From IMG/VR virus record IMGVR_UViG_3300033233_000003: a DNA stretch of 50,278 bases. One strand, written 5' to 3'. Position numbers and translations under genes: made by a program. Shown piece by piece: positions 1-9,545 of the stretch (its first letter is position 1; each line of letters begins with the position of its first letter). The notes under the pieces are model-generated. The model ran no database searches, had not been told where the DNA came from, and worked only from the letters and a program-made list of their open reading frames with translations. The DNA comes from an uncultured virus (IMG/VR IMGVR_UViG_3300033233_000003) (taxonomy: Duplodnaviria > Heunggongvirae > Uroviricota > Caudoviricetes).

Positions 1-1
1 C

Positions 2-1393
2 TACGGTGGCTCGGGTCGCGACATCTCCGACATCCCGCCCGCGCAGCGACTCGCCTTCGAGGACGCGCTCGCGAGGAGCACCGACTCGGTCGGTCTCGAC
101 GGGCTCGCGACCACGCTCGACTGCATCGGATACTCCGTCGCCGCGAAGCGCTTCCGCCTGCGCGCCGCACAGCTGCGTGCCGACGCCGCGCGCGGCGGAG
201 GTGGCTTCCCAGGCGGAGGTCGCACTACCCCGCCCGTCGTCGGACCGACCGCCTACGTGCCCGGGTGCGTGCCGCCCGCCGGCTGGGCCGCGCCCGCAGG
301 CTGGAACCTCGGGATGGCGCTCGCTGCCGATCCCACGCACTGGCCCGGCATGCCCGAGGGCTACACGCTCGGCTCGCCGCTGTCGAACGCCGCGTCGTGT
401 CCCGTCGGCTGGGTCGACTCGCGAGGCGGCGCAGCCGACGCCGGCGTCGACGGGCTGCCGGAGCCGCTGAAGAGCGCGGTCAAGAAGGCGCTCGCGGAGA
501 GCAAGGACAGCGGCGAGATGTTCAAGCTCTCGAAGCACCTCGACGAGATGGGTCAGAAGATTGCGGGCGACGCAGTCCGCGCGAAGGCCATCTCGATCTT
601 GACAGGCGTCTCGTTGGAAGCGGCGCCGGCGAGACCGGCGTTCTGTCCGACCGGCAGCACTGTCGAGATCGAGAAGCAGATCGACGGCATCGCTGCGAGG
701 ATCATGCTCGGCGAACTCTCCGTCGCCGACGCGATCAAGATGGATGCCGACTACACTGCGGCATGCATTCTTCCGTTCTCCTGGGCCAAGGTGAGACACG
801 CGATCGCTGTGAAGACGCCCGGTTTCAAGTCGGTGTCGGAGCTTCCGTCCAGCGAGCCTGGAGAAGTCCCGCTCGGATCGCTCGGCCCCAAGGGCGAGCC
901 GATCTCCACAGATCCTTTCGCCGTGCTGCCTGGCGACATCAAGTCAGCGGTCCAGCTCGCCTACGACTCCGGAGATCCGCAGCAGCTCGACGACGTCGCG
1001 AACGATCTCCTGGTCGAAAATCCCACGTACCACCCGGCATGGCTGAAGGTGAAGGCCGACGCGAGGGCGATCAGGCTTCGCTGGACGACGCCGCTCACCT
1101 CCTTTCCGGACGGCGTGCCTGGTTCGCTCAACTCGCTCATGGCCGTGGAGATTTCGGAAGCGGCGAGCGCGCCGTGGTTCCTCAGTCCGGTGTGGAGGGC
1201 CGCGGCCGGCAAGAAGACCGAGTTCCTCTGGAACCTCGGAGCCGCTTCGGATCCGGCCGTTCCCGGCAGCGGCAAGGCCGTCGCCGACGAGTTCTGGAAG
1301 CGCGGCTACAAGACGGCCGCAAACGAGGTCGGAAAGAGCTTCTACCCGGAAGTCCATCCAGGCAACATCGACGCCTGGTACCCGCTGCCGTAA
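2..1393 (+). CDS. 5'-partial hypothetical protein with 3-4 helical repeats, putative virion protein
   Basis: Frame of ORF 257..1393 is open back to base 2 (YGGSGRDISDIPPAQRLAFEDAL...). Repeats: LATTLDCIGYSVAAKRFRLRA, LSKHLDEMGQKIAGDAVRAKA, VADEFWKRGYKTAANEV. Confidence 0.8.
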   Translation, partial: YGGSGRDISDIPPAQRLAFEDALARSTDSVGLDGLATTLDCIGYSVAAKRFRLRAAQLRADAARGGGGFPGGGRTTPPVVGPTAYVPGCVPPAGWAAPAGWNLGMALAADPTHWPGMPEGYTLGSPLSNAASCPVGWVDSRGGAADAGVDGLPEPLKSAVKKALAESKDSGEMFKLSKHLDEMGQKIAGDAVRAKAISILTGVSLEAAPARPAFCPTGSTVEIEKQIDGIAARIMLGELSVADAIKMDADYTAACILPFSWAKVRHAIAVKTPGFKSVSELPSSEPGEVPLGSLGPKGEPISTDPFAVLPGDIKSAVQLAYDSGDPQQLDDVANDLLVENPTYHPAWLKVKADARAIRLRWTTPLTSFPDGVPGSLNSLMAVEISEAASAPWFLSPVWRAAAGKKTEFLWNLGAASDPAVPGSGKAVADEFWKRGYKTAANEVGKSFYPEVHPGNIDAWYPLP

Positions 1394-1484
1394 GTCCCGC
1401 AGCTCAGTGAGTTCGTCCCGCAGTCAGCAGATCCACATTCCGCAAGCAGATCTCGAAACGTCACGCACACCAGGAGAATGAACG

Positions 1485-1817
1485 ATGCCCGCAGTTTCAG
1501 GAACGCTCGAATACGTCAGGACACGGGTCGCCAACGTCGCGGAGCTGCGCGGCATCCCGACCGCGGCGCTCAACACCGGCGACCTCGCCTACGTCGGAGG
1601 GATCCCGAACGTCGGGCTCTACTACGTCCTCGTCAAGGACGCGGTCAATGCCGACAACGGCACGACCGTCATCGCGACCCACGAGTCGCTCGCTGCGACG
1701 CTGCAGATCCAGGGATCTGGTCTCCCGCTGACGCCGCCGGGGCTGCCCGTCACGCCGATCACGACGCAAGGCCGGTGGTTTGCGTCGAACATCGCGACGC
1801 TCGTCGTCCCGCTCTGA
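1485..1817 (+). CDS. small protein resembling a spike/fibre N-terminal attachment domain
   Basis: AGGAG upstream; pattern VANVAELR...GDLAYVGG...ADNGTTVI...GRW. Product call is by recall only. Confidence 0.6.
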   Translation: MPAVSGTLEYVRTRVANVAELRGIPTAALNTGDLAYVGGIPNVGLYYVLVKDAVNADNGTTVIATHESLAATLQIQGSGLPLTPPGLPVTPITTQGRWFASNIATLVVPL

Positions 1818-1903
1818 TCGACGCACATCTGACCGTCATCGTCACGAGTAAAAACTCGTCTCGCGTCGGCGCGTGTCAGGGAACGGCAAAAGGCGGCAAA
1901 AGA

Positions 1904-2320
1904 ATGCGGACCGGATACGATCAGATCGCGCTGCAGCAGCTCGCTCTCGACATGCAGAGGCGAGCTGCGGCGCTTCCCTTCCAGAGCAAGCCTGGGATCG
2001 CCGGTGTACACACAGGTCAGCTCGATCCGCCGAACGTCGCCGCGCAGCGCGCGTGGTGGATCGCACGCTACGGGTACTATCCATACGCGAACGCCTACGG
2101 CGTCGCTGGGCCCTGGGACTACTACCAGGATCCGGCCGCCTACTACGGCTACGATCCCTACGTGCTCACGCCCGCACCGGCCTGGTACATCCCCTATCCG
2201 TACCCATACTGGGGCGGCGGCCGGGGAGGTTGGGGCGGCGGCGGTCACTGGCGCGGCTGGGGTGGCCATGGTCACCACGGCGGTCAACATCACGGCGGCG
2301 GAGGCCATGGTCACCACTGA
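1904..2320 (+). CDS. Tyr/Pro/Gly/His-rich low-complexity protein
   Basis: 3' part of ORF 1478..2320 from ATG 1904; YPY-rich core and GGH tail. Confidence 0.7.
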   Translation: MRTGYDQIALQQLALDMQRRAAALPFQSKPGIAGVHTGQLDPPNVAAQRAWWIARYGYYPYANAYGVAGPWDYYQDPAAYYGYDPYVLTPAPAWYIPYPYPYWGGGRGGWGGGGHWRGWGGHGHHGGQHHGGGGHGHH

Positions 2321-2348
2321 CCTCCAACATGTGCAGTCGTCGAAAACT

Positions 2349-2512
2349 CTCCGGCCGACCATCGGGAGGCGCGAGAAGAGGATGCGAAGCATCCGAGACG
2401 GCAGTCCGCGCGCCGAGCGCGGCGGAGGCTCTCTCGCCTTCGATCATGGCGATCGCTTCAGGCGCGCATCGCGATCGATGCACCTCACTTCCCGCCCTTC
2501 CCTCTCAGCCTC
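2349..2512 (+). repeat. ~165-bp intergenic repeat, copy 1 (left arm of long inverted repeat)
   Basis: CCGACCATCGGGAG...GGATGCGAAGCATCC...GGCAGTCCGCGCGCC...CCCTTCCC...AGCCTC; aligns with 2634-2801 (rc), 7949-8109 (rc) and 11255-11420. Confidence 0.9.
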
Positions 2513-2633
2513 CCCCTTCATCTGCGTCGATGTCCCCAGCACGAGCGAAGCGAGTGCGGATCGGGGAACGCTAGAGAGCGCATCGACTCTCGCGATCTCC
2601 TCTCGTCTCTCGTCTCCTGAAAAAGCAAGACGA

Positions 2634-2801
2634 GAGGCTATGGGGGAAGGGTGGAAAGTGGGATGCACAGATCGCGGTGCGCGCGTGAAGCGATCGTTGC
2701 ACTCGAAAGCGAGTGAGGGCTCAGCACCGCGCACGGGCGCGCGGACTGCCGTTTCGGATGCTGGCGCATCCTCCTTCGCGCCTCCCGATGGTCGGCGGGA
2801 G
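2634..2801 (-). repeat. ~165-bp intergenic repeat, copy 2 (right arm)
   Basis: Reverse complement reads CCGACCATCGGGAGGCGCGAAGGAGGATGCGCCAGCATCCGAAACGGCAGTCCGCGCGCC. Confidence 0.9.
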
Positions 2802-2842
2802 TCGGTTGCTTCACCTCTCACCTCTCGTGTCCAGGTAGAACT

Positions 2843-3640
2843 ATGAGCCGCGGGCAAAGCAAGCGCATCGACGGAGGGGCGCAGAAGGTCCCGCTGATGG
2901 ACTGGAGTCGCGACAAGGCGTCGCAGGACTTCTTCGCTCGCTTTGCGGGCGGCCTGCCGGGCGGCCCGAGCGTCCTGTCGCGGAGGGACGTGATGCTCGA
3001 TGCGTCCGAAGCGATCGCGCCAGACGTGGTGACCATCCAGTGGAGCTACGACTTCTTCACGGCCGCGGGCCAGATCGCGAACCTCATCTCGGAGGTGACG
3101 ACGATCGACACGGACATGTCCGACGTGCGCCTGATCGCCGAGTGGAACACCGGCGTCGAAAAGGAGACCGCGGCGTTCGACCTGACGCGCGGCGGCCACA
3201 TCACGGTCTGTGCCTGGCACGTAGCGCTCTACATCGACTACCCGAATCCTCCGGGACCTGGGCCCTACTTGCCAGGGGCTCGTCCGCCGATCAACGTACA
3301 CACCTCGATCTCGCTCAGGACCAAGGCCGACCACGGGATGCCGAAGTTCACGCAGCGGATCTTGCCGTCACCGCTGGCCGTGGGCGTCGAGAGTCCCCCG
3401 GTCGAGATCCCGAAGCAGGCGAGCCGCGTGGTGGTCGCGAACGCAGATCCGACCGTGCCGGCGATGGAGATCCGCCAGTACCGCAATCAATTCGTCGGCA
3501 ACTCGAACACCTCGGGCGTGCTCGCCGGCAAGACGGTCACGGGCGCGGTCGAGATCATCGACGGCGCGCTCTTCCTCACCGTCTTGAACCCAGGCCCCGT
3601 CCCGACCGACACCCGCGTCGTGTTCCTCTTGGACCTGTGA
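2843..3640 (+). CDS. beta-rich hypothetical protein, possible virion structural protein
   Basis: 265 aa with normal composition and alternating hydrophobic strands. Confidence 0.75.
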   Translation: MSRGQSKRIDGGAQKVPLMDWSRDKASQDFFARFAGGLPGGPSVLSRRDVMLDASEAIAPDVVTIQWSYDFFTAAGQIANLISEVTTIDTDMSDVRLIAEWNTGVEKETAAFDLTRGGHITVCAWHVALYIDYPNPPGPGPYLPGARPPINVHTSISLRTKADHGMPKFTQRILPSPLAVGVESPPVEIPKQASRVVVANADPTVPAMEIRQYRNQFVGNSNTSGVLAGKTVTGAVEIIDGALFLTVLNPGPVPTDTRVVFLLDL

Positions 3641-3647
3641 GATCGAG

Positions 3648-4133
3648 ATGCCGAAAGCTCACCCCTCGACGCTCACCGGACAGCTCGTGGCACTCTCGCA
3701 GGGGCGGACTTCGGCACCTCTCCACACTCAGTTTCTCCACGCTCGGTCGTCTCCGAGGCTCACGCTGCCTCCGAACCCTGCCGGAGAATATCGACGAGGC
3801 TTCGAGCGCGGCGAGAAGACCTGCACGGAGGATTTCGACAGCCACACTCCGATCGGCACGTCGTACTCGTCCGGAGAGTCGATCGATTTCCAGAGGGGAG
3901 TCTCCGACGGCTGCAAGCACGCGAAGAGCGAGTACGACGACGGCTATCGGCTCGGCGACCTCGACTGCCGCAGGAAGGTTCCATTCACACGCGAGATCGG
4001 CGGGACGAGCGCATCCTTCCAGAAGGGCTACCGCAAGGGCTGCGACCGCGCGATCAAGATCCGCGCGTGGTGCGTCGTCCACCGAGACGAGTGCGTCGGG
4101 CCCGCGTGGTTTCCGTACGTGGGAGGTGGATAG
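3648..4133 (+). CDS. hypothetical protein with GxxxG/Cys repeats
   Basis: N-terminus MPKAHPSTLTGQ shared with 10225..10920; YRRGFERG, FQRGVSDG, YDDGYRLG, FQKGYRKG. Confidence 0.75.
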   Translation: MPKAHPSTLTGQLVALSQGRTSAPLHTQFLHARSSPRLTLPPNPAGEYRRGFERGEKTCTEDFDSHTPIGTSYSSGESIDFQRGVSDGCKHAKSEYDDGYRLGDLDCRRKVPFTREIGGTSASFQKGYRKGCDRAIKIRAWCVVHRDECVGPAWFPYVGGG

Positions 4134-4177
4134 TGCGCAGGCCTAGCCGCAGAGCGACCGTGGGGCAGCTGCTCAAC

Positions 4178-6139
4178 ATGATGCCAGATCAACTCTTCCC
4201 CTTCGCGTGGGCGGCCGACGGCGCGCTCTCGCCCGCGTACGGCTACCAGCCTCCACCTGGATCTCCTGGCTATCAGCCGCCGCCCGGATCGGGCGCGCCC
4301 GGAGGCCCCGGAGGGCTCGGAGCCGGACCCGGATCGCCCGATCCTGGGGGTGCGCCACCGAGCGGCCCTTCGCCCGAAACGCCATCGCCGGAGCCTCCGC
4401 CTCCGGAACCGGAACCTCCTCCCGCGGAGACGGAGCCCGTCTACGATGCGACCTCTGTGACCGGCACGGTGGATCAACCCGACTCCGGCTACACGCCGAA
4501 GAGCGGCGACCTGCATATGTCTGCGCTCGGCGGCGGCAACCTCATGTATCCGAGGACCAGCGGCCGCGGAGCGGACCGCGTCGAGACAGCCGGCGCAGTC
4601 GTGGCCGGCGATTGGTCTCCAGAAGATTTCGCGGTGCCGGCCCACGCGGTCGAGGGCGGACGCGCCGCGGTCGCGGCGCTGCTCGGCACCGGCACCGCGC
4701 GCCCATCGACAGCCTCGTCCGAGCGAGATCAACAGTTCAAGGCCGTCTACACGGTCGATCGCGGCGTGGCCAGGCGCCACGTGTTCTCGATGCCGCATCC
4801 GATGACGCTCGGTGTCCTCCGGACCTCCGAGAGCCTCTGCGTCATGCGCGTCCTCGCCGACGGCGTCGTGCTCTGGAACGCGGACAATTACTCTGCGCCC
4901 GGATGCCCACACGATCTCCTGCCGGGCAAGTCTCCTCTGCGCGTCAAACATGACGTGACCATCGAGTTCGTCCACAACGATGAGCGTCACGTCGAATCCG
5001 AGACCGGATGGATCGTCCTCCACATGAAGGAAGAACCTTTCGTTGCACAGCTCGCGCCGCGGCAAACATCCAGCACCGACCTCGCCGTCGCAATTCCGAA
5101 ACAAGGCCGCTCCGCGCCGGCCGCGTCGCAGTCGCGCTTCCAGATGGCGAACGTGCACGGCGGCATAGAGACGGCGGCGATGCTCGGCACTACGAAGGCG
5201 AGTCCGCACGACCGACCGTTCTCGATCGACTCCACGGGACCGAACCCGGTCTTCACTTTCCGCCCATTTCCGGAGGACGGAGATTGGAAGGGCGGACACG
5301 TCGTCGCCGACGTACCTCTGACGAAGGAGGCTTTCCCGGGCATGGTGCTCCGCCCGCTCCGTCTCAAAAAGCTCGTGGCCGCTCCGGGCGTCTTGATCAG
5401 GTCGGCCGCGATCTTGGTCAAAGGAGTTCAGATCAAGGGACCGGAATACGACTTCTACATGGGCGACGGCTTCACGCACGTCGACTTCGATCTCTTTCCC
5501 GAGAAGCGTCTCATCTGGCCGGTCGGCGCGACGTTGCAGATCTGGGTTCAACTCTACGACTACGATCGGGTCGTGGAAGGCGGTCACGGCCCGTGGGTCC
5601 GAGTCTTCACCGCTGAAGTTCCCGCCTCAGGCATGGTTTTAGCGAGCCCTCCACAACATCCATCACGGTCGCCAGTTCCAGGCTCCATGCAGGGCCGCTC
5701 TGTCCCGCCCCTGCTCCAGCCGATCTCGATGCCGCTCTCCGCGCCGCACGTGCCCTCACAGGCGTCGAAGCCCCTCGTCACGTCCGCGCCACACACGCCT
5801 CTCGTCCAACCCAACCCGTATGCCGCGACCGTCGAGGCCTGCCGCAAGTGGGGCTACGAGCGAGGCCGCGACGATCGCAAGAAGGGTCACCCCTTCGATC
5901 GCGACGCCGTGAGCCACTACGGCACCGCGGGCATCGCGGGCGCTGCGCTGCAGCCGTGCGTCAACGCCATCATGGCCGCCTACAACGAGGGCTGGTCGAG
6001 CACGGGGCCGACGGCAGCGCCGATCTCCGCGGCGACGAGCGTCTCCGGTCATCTCGACGAGTACGCGGCGCATCCGTTCCATCGTCCCGACGATGCGCTC
6101 GTGGCCCTCATGAGCTATCTTCCTGGTCGTCGCTACTGA
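4178..6139 (+). CDS. large Pro-rich protein with two beta-rich domains
   Basis: ORF 4067..6139, likely start ATG 4178 after the stop at 4133. Confidence 0.75.
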   Translation: MMPDQLFPFAWAADGALSPAYGYQPPPGSPGYQPPPGSGAPGGPGGLGAGPGSPDPGGAPPSGPSPETPSPEPPPPEPEPPPAETEPVYDATSVTGTVDQPDSGYTPKSGDLHMSALGGGNLMYPRTSGRGADRVETAGAVVAGDWSPEDFAVPAHAVEGGRAAVAALLGTGTARPSTASSERDQQFKAVYTVDRGVARRHVFSMPHPMTLGVLRTSESLCVMRVLADGVVLWNADNYSAPGCPHDLLPGKSPLRVKHDVTIEFVHNDERHVESETGWIVLHMKEEPFVAQLAPRQTSSTDLAVAIPKQGRSAPAASQSRFQMANVHGGIETAAMLGTTKASPHDRPFSIDSTGPNPVFTFRPFPEDGDWKGGHVVADVPLTKEAFPGMVLRPLRLKKLVAAPGVLIRSAAILVKGVQIKGPEYDFYMGDGFTHVDFDLFPEKRLIWPVGATLQIWVQLYDYDRVVEGGHGPWVRVFTAEVPASGMVLASPPQHPSRSPVPGSMQGRSVPPLLQPISMPLSAPHVPSQASKPLVTSAPHTPLVQPNPYAATVEACRKWGYERGRDDRKKGHPFDRDAVSHYGTAGIAGAALQPCVNAIMAAYNEGWSSTGPTAAPISAATSVSGHLDEYAAHPFHRPDDALVALMSYLPGRRY

Positions 6140-6211
6140 TCCTTCGCATCGAACTTCTCTTCCAAGACCAGCAAAATTTCTGACATCGTCGCATGTCAGG
6201 GCAGGGCAAAA

Positions 6212-7108
6212 ATGGCCATCCCCATCCTTCCGATCCTCGCCGCCGGCGGCGCGCTCATCTTCCTGCTCGGCAAGGGCGGAGCCAAGAAGGCGGCGGTCAC
6301 GCCGATCATCACCAAGCCGCCGACGCCTCCCTACACGACGCCTCCCTACACGCCGCCGACGCCCTACGGACCTCCCGCGATCCCGCCGACGCCGTGGACG
6401 CCGCCTGTGATCCCACCGATCGCGGCACCTCCTCCCGTTCCGGAGATCCCGCCCGGCTGGATGACGCCGCCTCCCGGATGGACGACGCCGCCGGCAGGCT
6501 GGACGCCTCCCGCAGGTTGGACCGTGCCGCCGTGGGTCACGGCCGAAGCCAAGAGCAAGGAGCCCGGCGTGGTCGCCGACGAGTTCAAGCTCGGCTACAA
6601 CGACGGCTTCAAGGACGCAGCCTACAGCTCCGACTTCGGCACGAGCGCCGACAAGGCGAAGTACGCAAGCTCGCTCTCCTACAAGAACGGCTACGACGCA
6701 GGCTGGAAGGAGTACAGCAAGTCGGTCACCTCGGCCGGAGTCAGAGGACGAACGCGCGCCGGCCTCGACGTGATGAGCTTCGAGGACCCGAGGTTCATGA
6801 TGTACGTGAGGCCGCGCGTCGGCATCACGGCGATTGAACGCCCGGCCGACATCAGGGGCTTCAATCACATCCACGCCTCCCATCCGGCCGCCCGGCGCGC
6901 GGAGCTGCGTCGCTCAGTCGGCCGCACGCGCGTGAACACCGCCGTCTCCGGAGCAGCGGCCGCAGGATGCTGTCCAAGCCAAGGCAACCCATCAGGGTGT
7001 CAGTGTCCCGCGTGCGCGGGTCCAGGCCAGTACCTCGACGCGTACGGCAACCGGATCGATCAGACCGAGATGCTGCGGATGCTGCAGTACGCGGGCTGGA
7101 GGTACTGA
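6212..7108 (+). CDS. N-terminally anchored Pro-rich membrane protein
   Basis: MAIPILPILAAGGALIFLLGK anchor; PPGWT repeats; GYNDG/GYDAG. Confidence 0.8.
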   Translation: MAIPILPILAAGGALIFLLGKGGAKKAAVTPIITKPPTPPYTTPPYTPPTPYGPPAIPPTPWTPPVIPPIAAPPPVPEIPPGWMTPPPGWTTPPAGWTPPAGWTVPPWVTAEAKSKEPGVVADEFKLGYNDGFKDAAYSSDFGTSADKAKYASSLSYKNGYDAGWKEYSKSVTSAGVRGRTRAGLDVMSFEDPRFMMYVRPRVGITAIERPADIRGFNHIHASHPAARRAELRRSVGRTRVNTAVSGAAAAGCCPSQGNPSGCQCPACAGPGQYLDAYGNRIDQTEMLRMLQYAGWRY

Positions 7109-7117
7109 TTCACTGAG

Positions 7118-7786
7118 ATGGCCCTTCCGCTGATCCCGATCGCGATCGCCGGCGCGGCCGTCCTCCTCACGATGCTGTCGAAGGGCGGCGGAGGATCACG
7201 TCTCGCGAAAGGTCAAAAGACCCCGCTCGGGAAGTTCGTGTTGACGTGGTACTCGTTCCAGGACAACACGCCCGTGAACTCCGCGCGCAGCTCGTCGGGG
7301 CGCCCGCTCGTGCCCTACGTCTCCGTCGCGATTCCTTTTCGCCTCCTTTCGACGCATTCCCACGCAAGCGGGCGCGGCAAGCTCGACTACGGCGACAGGC
7401 TCTACGTCGAGTTCCTCGCCGGCAGGACGATGCCGAACGGTCGTAGGCACACGGGCTGGGTCCAGATCGACGACTTCTGCGGCGATAGTGGTGACGACGC
7501 GTATTGCCATCAGACACTCGGCGGGGAAAAATATCCGAACGTCGATCTGTACGTCGGCGACTTCACGGCGGCCGGCATCGATCCGAAGACGTGCTCAGGT
7601 CCCGCTGGAGGTGGTGCAGAGTTGACGAACGTTTTTGCCCTCTCTGGTCCAGGTGCTCTTCACGAAGATTACGGTGGCCGCACGATCGGAACCGGCAAGT
7701 GCGGAGATCTCGCGGCCGCGAAGCTGCAGCAGGGCGATTGCTGGACGTACACGCCACCGTCGGAGAGCGTCGATCAGTGTCGGTGA
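7118..7786 (+). CDS. membrane-anchored 3D-domain (MltA-like) putative lytic transglycosylase
   Basis: LTWY...SSSG...SVAI...YGDRLYV...IDDFCG...VDLYVG follows the 3D-domain pattern; hydrophobic N-terminus. Confidence 0.65.
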   Translation: MALPLIPIAIAGAAVLLTMLSKGGGGSRLAKGQKTPLGKFVLTWYSFQDNTPVNSARSSSGRPLVPYVSVAIPFRLLSTHSHASGRGKLDYGDRLYVEFLAGRTMPNGRRHTGWVQIDDFCGDSGDDAYCHQTLGGEKYPNVDLYVGDFTAAGIDPKTCSGPAGGGAELTNVFALSGPGALHEDYGGRTIGTGKCGDLAAAKLQQGDCWTYTPPSESVDQCR

Positions 7787-7950
7787 GCGAGAGGAGAGCG
7801 AGAGGAGAGCGAGAGAAGAGCGAGAGAAGAGCGAGAGCGAGAGCGAGAGCGAGAGCGAGAGCGAGAGCGAGAGCGAGAGCGAGAGCGAGAGCGAGAGCGA
7901 GAGCGAGAGCGAGAGCGAGAGCGAGAGCGAGAGCGAGAGCGAGAGCGAGA
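7787..7950 (+). repeat. microsatellite: four 11-mers then (GCGAGA)x20
   Basis: 7787-7830 GCGAGAGGAGA x2 and GCGAGAGAAGA x2; 7831-7950 twenty perfect GCGAGA units. Confidence 0.97.
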
Positions 7951-8109
7951 GGCTGTAAAGAAGGGCTGGGGAGTGAGCCGGGGGATCAAGTGCGCACGGG
8001 CGCAGTCGCTGCATGTCTAGTCGAGTGAGGGCCGACGCTGCGCACGGGCGCGCAGACTGCCGTTTCGGATGCTGGCGCATCCTCCTCTCGCGCCCTCCCG
8101 ATGGTCGGG
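7949..8109 (-). repeat. ~165-bp intergenic repeat, copy 3
   Basis: GCGCACGGGCGCGCAGACTGCCGTTTCGGATGCTGGCGCATCCTCC...CTCCCGATGGTCGG is near-identical to 2729-2795. Confidence 0.9.
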
Positions 8110-8219
8110 CCAAAGATCGCTCCCTCTCGATGGTTATCACGTCGTCCCTTGTCCACTTTCTGTTCCTTGAACCCACATCGTGCGCGACGACGCGAGCATC
8201 GTTCGCTAGGATCTAGACC

Positions 8220-9071
8220 ATGGCCTTTCCCCTGATTCCCATCGCAGCCGCGGCCGGCGTCGTCATCTTCATGCTCGCGAGCGGAAAGAAGAAGACCGCG
8301 CCCTCTCCCTTCATGCCGATCGTCCACAAGCCGCCTGCTCCAGGTCCGATGCCGACGCCTCCTGGCCCGCCGCCTCCGCCTCCGCCGCCTCCACCTCCGC
8401 TCGGCATCGATACCGACGCCGAGCGATGGAAGGCCGGTGGCCGCGGTGCCGGCTTCGCGCAGGGAAGTCTCGACGCGTCGAGTGGTCTGCCGGCCACGAT
8501 CGATCCGAGGCGCATTCCTGCGGGCTACACGGCTCCCTCCAATCCGGCGATGATGATCGCTTTCTCTCTGGGCTACGCCGACGAGATCTTCGGCTATCCG
8601 GCCGGATACAAAGCGTCTGCTTCGACGAGCGCGAGCAAGGACACGGGCAAGAGCGCGTGGGGCACCGAGCCCTTCGGCGGCTACGGCACGCCTGGCACCG
8701 ACACGACCGACACGACGACGCCCGCTCCGAAAGGAAGTCCCGCGTCGGACGCGACGATCGCGGCGACCGCCGACAACGCCGGCTACAAGAGCGGACACAT
8801 CGACGGGCAGAACGACGGCGAAGCTGGAGACGCGCCGCATCCGAAGGCCGATCCGCCCGCGACCGAGGGTGCGACGTACACGATGGCGTACGTCGGCGGC
8901 TACAACCGCGGCTACACCGACGGCTTCAACGCGGGCCACATCATCTACATGGCGAAGGACAAGCCGAGCGACAGCGGTTCGGGTTCGGGCGATTCAGGCA
9001 CCACCAACGCGGAAGGTCTCTTCGGGACGCGCGTCTCGGGCCGCGTCGCCTTCTGGCGCCACAGAAGGTAG
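8220..9071 (+). CDS. N-terminally anchored Pro-rich membrane protein with GxxxG repeats
   Basis: MAFPLIPIAAAAGVVIFML; poly-Pro; GYNRGYTDGFNAG. Confidence 0.8.
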   Translation: MAFPLIPIAAAAGVVIFMLASGKKKTAPSPFMPIVHKPPAPGPMPTPPGPPPPPPPPPPPLGIDTDAERWKAGGRGAGFAQGSLDASSGLPATIDPRRIPAGYTAPSNPAMMIAFSLGYADEIFGYPAGYKASASTSASKDTGKSAWGTEPFGGYGTPGTDTTDTTTPAPKGSPASDATIAATADNAGYKSGHIDGQNDGEAGDAPHPKADPPATEGATYTMAYVGGYNRGYTDGFNAGHIIYMAKDKPSDSGSGSGDSGTTNAEGLFGTRVSGRVAFWRHRR

Positions 9072-9074
9072 TCG

Positions 9075-9227
9075 ATGACGAGCGCGCTCACGCGAACGAG
9101 ATCGAAGGACGTGCAAGCACACGTCGGAGCTGCGACTCCAGAGTCGACGGCCAAGGTGTCGACCGCGATCGTGATCGGCGCGTTCCTCTACGCCGGCTGG
9201 CACCTCCTCTGGCACGCGGCGCGCTGA
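9075..9227 (+). CDS. 50-aa membrane protein (not in the ORF track)
   Basis: Hand translation MTSALTRTRSKDVQAHVGAATPESTAKVSTAIVIGAFLYAGWHLLWHAAR. Confidence 0.7.
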   Translation: MTSALTRTRSKDVQAHVGAATPESTAKVSTAIVIGAFLYAGWHLLWHAAR

Positions 9228-9284
9228 GAGAAACGAAGAACCAGCGGCGTCAGAGGCGACCGCGTCGAAAGAAAGGACGAAGAC

Positions 9285-9536
9285 ATGCTACCGCTACTCA
9301 TCGGAGCCGGCATCCTCGTGGCGGTGCTCGCGCTCAAGGGCTCGTCAGGGGGCGGAGGCAACACTCGGTGCGGCGACACCATGAGCGTCAGCGCCGCCGA
9401 GATCTTCGACAAGGGCATGTCCTTGCCACACCCGGATGGAGACGACATCCCGAAGGCGAAGATCATCGTCGCGACCTTCGACGCACAGGGCTACCACAAG
9501 GCGGCGAACTGCCTCCGCGTCCACTTCGGACTCTGA
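9285..9536 (+). CDS. small anchored protein with helical module
   Basis: MLPLLIGAGILVAVLAL; IFDKGM...FDAQGYHKAANCLR. Confidence 0.8.
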   Translation: MLPLLIGAGILVAVLALKGSSGGGGNTRCGDTMSVSAAEIFDKGMSLPHPDGDDIPKAKIIVATFDAQGYHKAANCLRVHFGL

Positions 9537-9545
9537 AAGAACGTC

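Noticed and set aside
7504..8176. ORFs with RARARA, SESESE or LSLSLS runs
   Set aside because: They are translations of the GCGAGA microsatellite and the adjacent repeat.
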